A stretch of DNA of 28,317 nt from an uncultured archaeon (GTDB lineage: Archaea > Asgardarchaeota > Thorarchaeia > Thorarchaeales > Thorarchaeaceae), in contig CAZVZC010000017.1 of the NCBI GenBank assembly GCA_964631415.1, positions 9,249 through 37,565 on the forward strand. Direction: 5' to 3'. Shown here one piece after another: positions 26,100-28,317 of this stretch. How positions within the stretch are numbered: the stretch's first letter is position 1; the number at the start of each line of letters is the position of its first letter. Made by a program: the position numbers and the translations under genes. The notes under the pieces were generated by a model that made no database searches, was not told where the DNA came from, and saw nothing but the letters and a program-made list of their open reading frames with translations.

Positions 26100-26189
26100 T
26101 ACCCGATCATCTCCTCACCGTTCGTTCCTGATAAATCAGGGATCAGCGGTTTCGTTCTCCTGGCTTATTGAACCTCCTGCTCTACGAGC

Positions 26190-26852
26190 GTCAATGCCAA
26201 CCTAGGCCCTCCGGGAATCGCTTGAGGTAATAGGAGCTAATGAAGCATTGGGCCCACAGCTCGGCCTTCGAGAGCTCTGCGTTGTGAGGTCATCTCCTGT
26301 GGGGCTTCTTGATCCTGGACTTGAGGATTCCCGAACCACTGTTCCAATGGTTTCCTCTCTCCGAAAACCACATGCTTCCACGGCATACTAGAGTTGTTCA
26401 GAGCCCACAGATACCAAGGTGCACAGTCCACATAGACTGTTGCACGCCCCCATATCTTCTCAGGACGAACCTGAGGAACACCCTCGTCTCATGACTCGAC
26501 TCCCCTTTGTAACCCGGACAGATGGGCTTCCCAGTTGTTCAGGTCCATGGCTGCCCAGAGGTATCTCCACTGATCTTGGATTCTGGTCTTGGTTTCGTTG
26601 ATGGCCACTGCTCTCCGACGTTATCTCACAACGTCGAAGAGTCTAGATAGTTTCTGGCATTACTCTGTCACACCTCAATAGCTCCTGTGTCCCTTAAGGA
26701 CCAGACTGGTGTCCCTGAGTGACAGACCAAGGTGATGGAGGAGTGTCCCCGTGGCACGAGTCTGGTCATCAGCCCTCTGCCGATTGAACAGACTACTGGC
26801 CCTCAGGACGTTGATTTAGTAATCTAACCTGATTCCCTAAGCAGTCAGTGAA
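26190..26852 (-). mobile_element. Decayed IS6-family insertion sequence (archaeal type, about 660 bp)
   Basis: Contains a disrupted IS6 transposase. Degenerate terminal inverted repeats GTCAATGCCAACCTAGG 26190-26206 and CCTAAGCAGTCAGTGAA 26836-26852 match at 11 of 17 positions. No target-site duplication seen. Confidence 0.75.
26240..26830 (-). pseudogene. IS6-family DDE transposase pseudogene
   Basis: Across frames it reads FNRQR...LHHLGLSLRDT...RSY*...RRRAVAINETKTRIQDQWRYLWAAMD...VFLRFVL...VYVDCAPWYLWAL...WKHVVFGERKPLEQWFGILKSRIKK. It has several in-frame stops, at least three frameshifts and DET changed to NET. Confidence 0.88.
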
Positions 26853-26981
26853 CCTTCTTCTTCCTACTGGCCTCGGTCAAGTTGATATCCATCTCCGAGT
26901 TCAGCTGGGGCAATGAATTGGCACTGCGTAGGGTCGAACATGATTCAACTCCGTTCTTCTGGACTATCAAGGGCAGAGAAG

Positions 26982-27560
26982 TCATGCAGACTCGGAGTCA
27001 TGGACGTTTAGGGTGTGCCCGCGCTCTGCTAGCATCGACAAGAACTGCTCGCGTGGGCTCTCAGTATCCGACTCGGAATGCCCTCGACTCTTATAACGTT
27101 CATGAGTGACAAGAACGACCCCGATAGACACCGAAGCAATCGAAACATAGAGTAGTCCGAGATGAGGAGTAATACTCTTCATCTCCATTCCATAAGCGGC
27201 CATTTCATGGTAGGGCGTTATGATGATGCAGTACCAACCACGAGATTGTAGAGACATGAAGCCAACATAGCTCGTCACGTTCTCAGCCAGAGGTGTCACG
27301 CCAATATCGTGAAGAGATGTGTTCTGCAGGAATGTCATGGTTTCATTCAGATCTAGTAGGTAGAGAGTTACTCCCCTGTTGTCGTACGCCTCCACTTCTA
27401 TGTACATGTTCTCCGTATACTTGAACAGATAGCAATCGTACTCACCATAGATGATAGGGGTGTCACCTGATCCCCCTATTACTGCATCGCCCGGAATCCA
27501 CGAAGCCATTGCTAGCGCAGTCCCCAGAATCAGGATAAGCTTCGCCAACCGTGTCACCAC
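26982..27560 (-). CDS. Membrane protein: N- and C-terminal hydrophobic helices flanking a beta-sandwich
   Basis: 192 aa starting 7 nt after the permease stop (operonic). Pattern MYIEVEA..GVTLYLLD...GWYCIII. Confidence 0.75.
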   Translation of the reverse strand: MVTRLAKLILILGTALAMASWIPGDAVIGGSGDTPIIYGEYDCYLFKYTENMYIEVEAYDNRGVTLYLLDLNETMTFLQNTSLHDIGVTPLAENVTSYVGFMSLQSRGWYCIIITPYHEMAAYGMEMKSITPHLGLLYVSIASVSIGVVLVTHERYKSRGHSESDTESPREQFLSMLAERGHTLNVHDSESA

Positions 27561-27567
27561 TGAATTC

Positions 27568-28317
27568 TCAGACCTCCATTCGCTGAACAGTGAAAAGACA
27601 TAGCACTAAAGCTAGAAAACTCATCAGAACGCAGCCAGAAAGGCCAAGAAGAACACTACCAAGCTCTGCAGGTGGACCACTGCCGGTTAGGTATCTGATT
27701 GTGAACTCCAATGGATTGATGACTGCAACCACATATGCCGGGGCCTCGTAGAAGACTCCGGCACCTAGCATGGCATAGGACACGCCCACTCCCCCAATAG
27801 ATGTAGTAAGTACATTCTTGGACAGCAGAGAGAGTAGAAGCGTGAGTGATACTGTCATCAGTATGAACAGACATAGCGCTGCTGTAGCCAAGACAAACGA
27901 ATCGATTGACGGGAGGTAGGGGTTGAAAATGTAGATCGATAGAGCTAGCCCGAGGGTGATTGGGGCAACGACCACAGCGAGAACAAGCAGAACAGAGAGT
28001 ACCAGTATGCTGCAGCGGCCAATCGGATATGAGAGATAAGTGCGAAGCAGTCCCGTTTCAACCAAGCGAGCATAACTGAAGGCAACCAAAAGCGGAACCA
28101 AGAGAGCCAGCAGAGATGAGAAGTTGAGCAGCGAAATGCACAAAGCATTGATGACGGATTGCTCAATGATATCAAGGATAACACCAACAAATGGGGTCCC
28201 AGGTCCAGGTACTACCCGAAACGCGTTAGACAGACTCGCGTTGGCCATGAAGTATGCCGACACAGACGAGCATCCTTCGCATACGTCAGGGACTTGCCGG
28301 TCTGTCGCGAAGTTCTG
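27568..28317 (-). CDS. ABC-2 type transporter permease (5'-truncated by the window edge)
   Basis: ETGLLRTYLSYPIGR matches the ABC-2 E-x-G-x-L-x-x-x-L-x-x-P-x-x-R signature, with multiple TM helices. The frame stays open from 28263 to the window end. Confidence 0.88.
   Translation of the reverse strand, partial: QNFATDRQVPDVCEGCSSVSAYFMANASLSNAFRVVPGPGTPFVGVILDIIEQSVINALCISLLNFSSLLALLVPLLVAFSYARLVETGLLRTYLSYPIGRCSILVLSVLLVLAVVVAPITLGLALSIYIFNPYLPSIDSFVLATAALCLFILMTVSLTLLLSLLSKNVLTTSIGGVGVSYAMLGAGVFYEAPAYVVAVINPLEFTIRYLTGSGPPAELGSVLLGLSGCVLMSFLALVLCLFTVQRMEV

Overview
Archaeal-type chromosomal DNA of roughly 53% GC. GGTGA/GGAGG ribosome-binding sites, frequent GTG/TTG starts, surface proteins rich in N-x-S/T sequons and an archaeal-type IS6 remnant point to an archaeon. 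An Asgard (Thorarchaeota-like) origin is my inference only. The left third (minus strand) is an arginine/polyamine-flavoured cluster: bacterial-type PLP arginine decarboxylase SpeA, a small membrane protein, a kinase-fold DUF6206-like protein coupled to an atypical class-III aminotransferase, a DDAH-family amidinohydrolase and a FixC/FixX-like flavoprotein-ferredoxin pair. Hidden in this cluster and absent from the ORF track is a 44-aa gene (5870-6004, minus) with three copies of FPADPPNEPW that differ only by synonymous changes. It is followed by about 750 nt of stem-rich non-coding sequence and is a candidate polyamine/aIF5A-sensing arrest peptide or multi-core RiPP precursor. The middle (plus strand) is a two-gene operon of giant membrane-anchored, Ca2+-binding surface proteins (about 2160 aa with TSP3-like repeats, and 2646 aa with FG-GAP propellers). 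The right end has a candidate 150-nt four-way-junction ncRNA, small surface proteins, a decayed IS6 element and a truncated ABC-2 permease.
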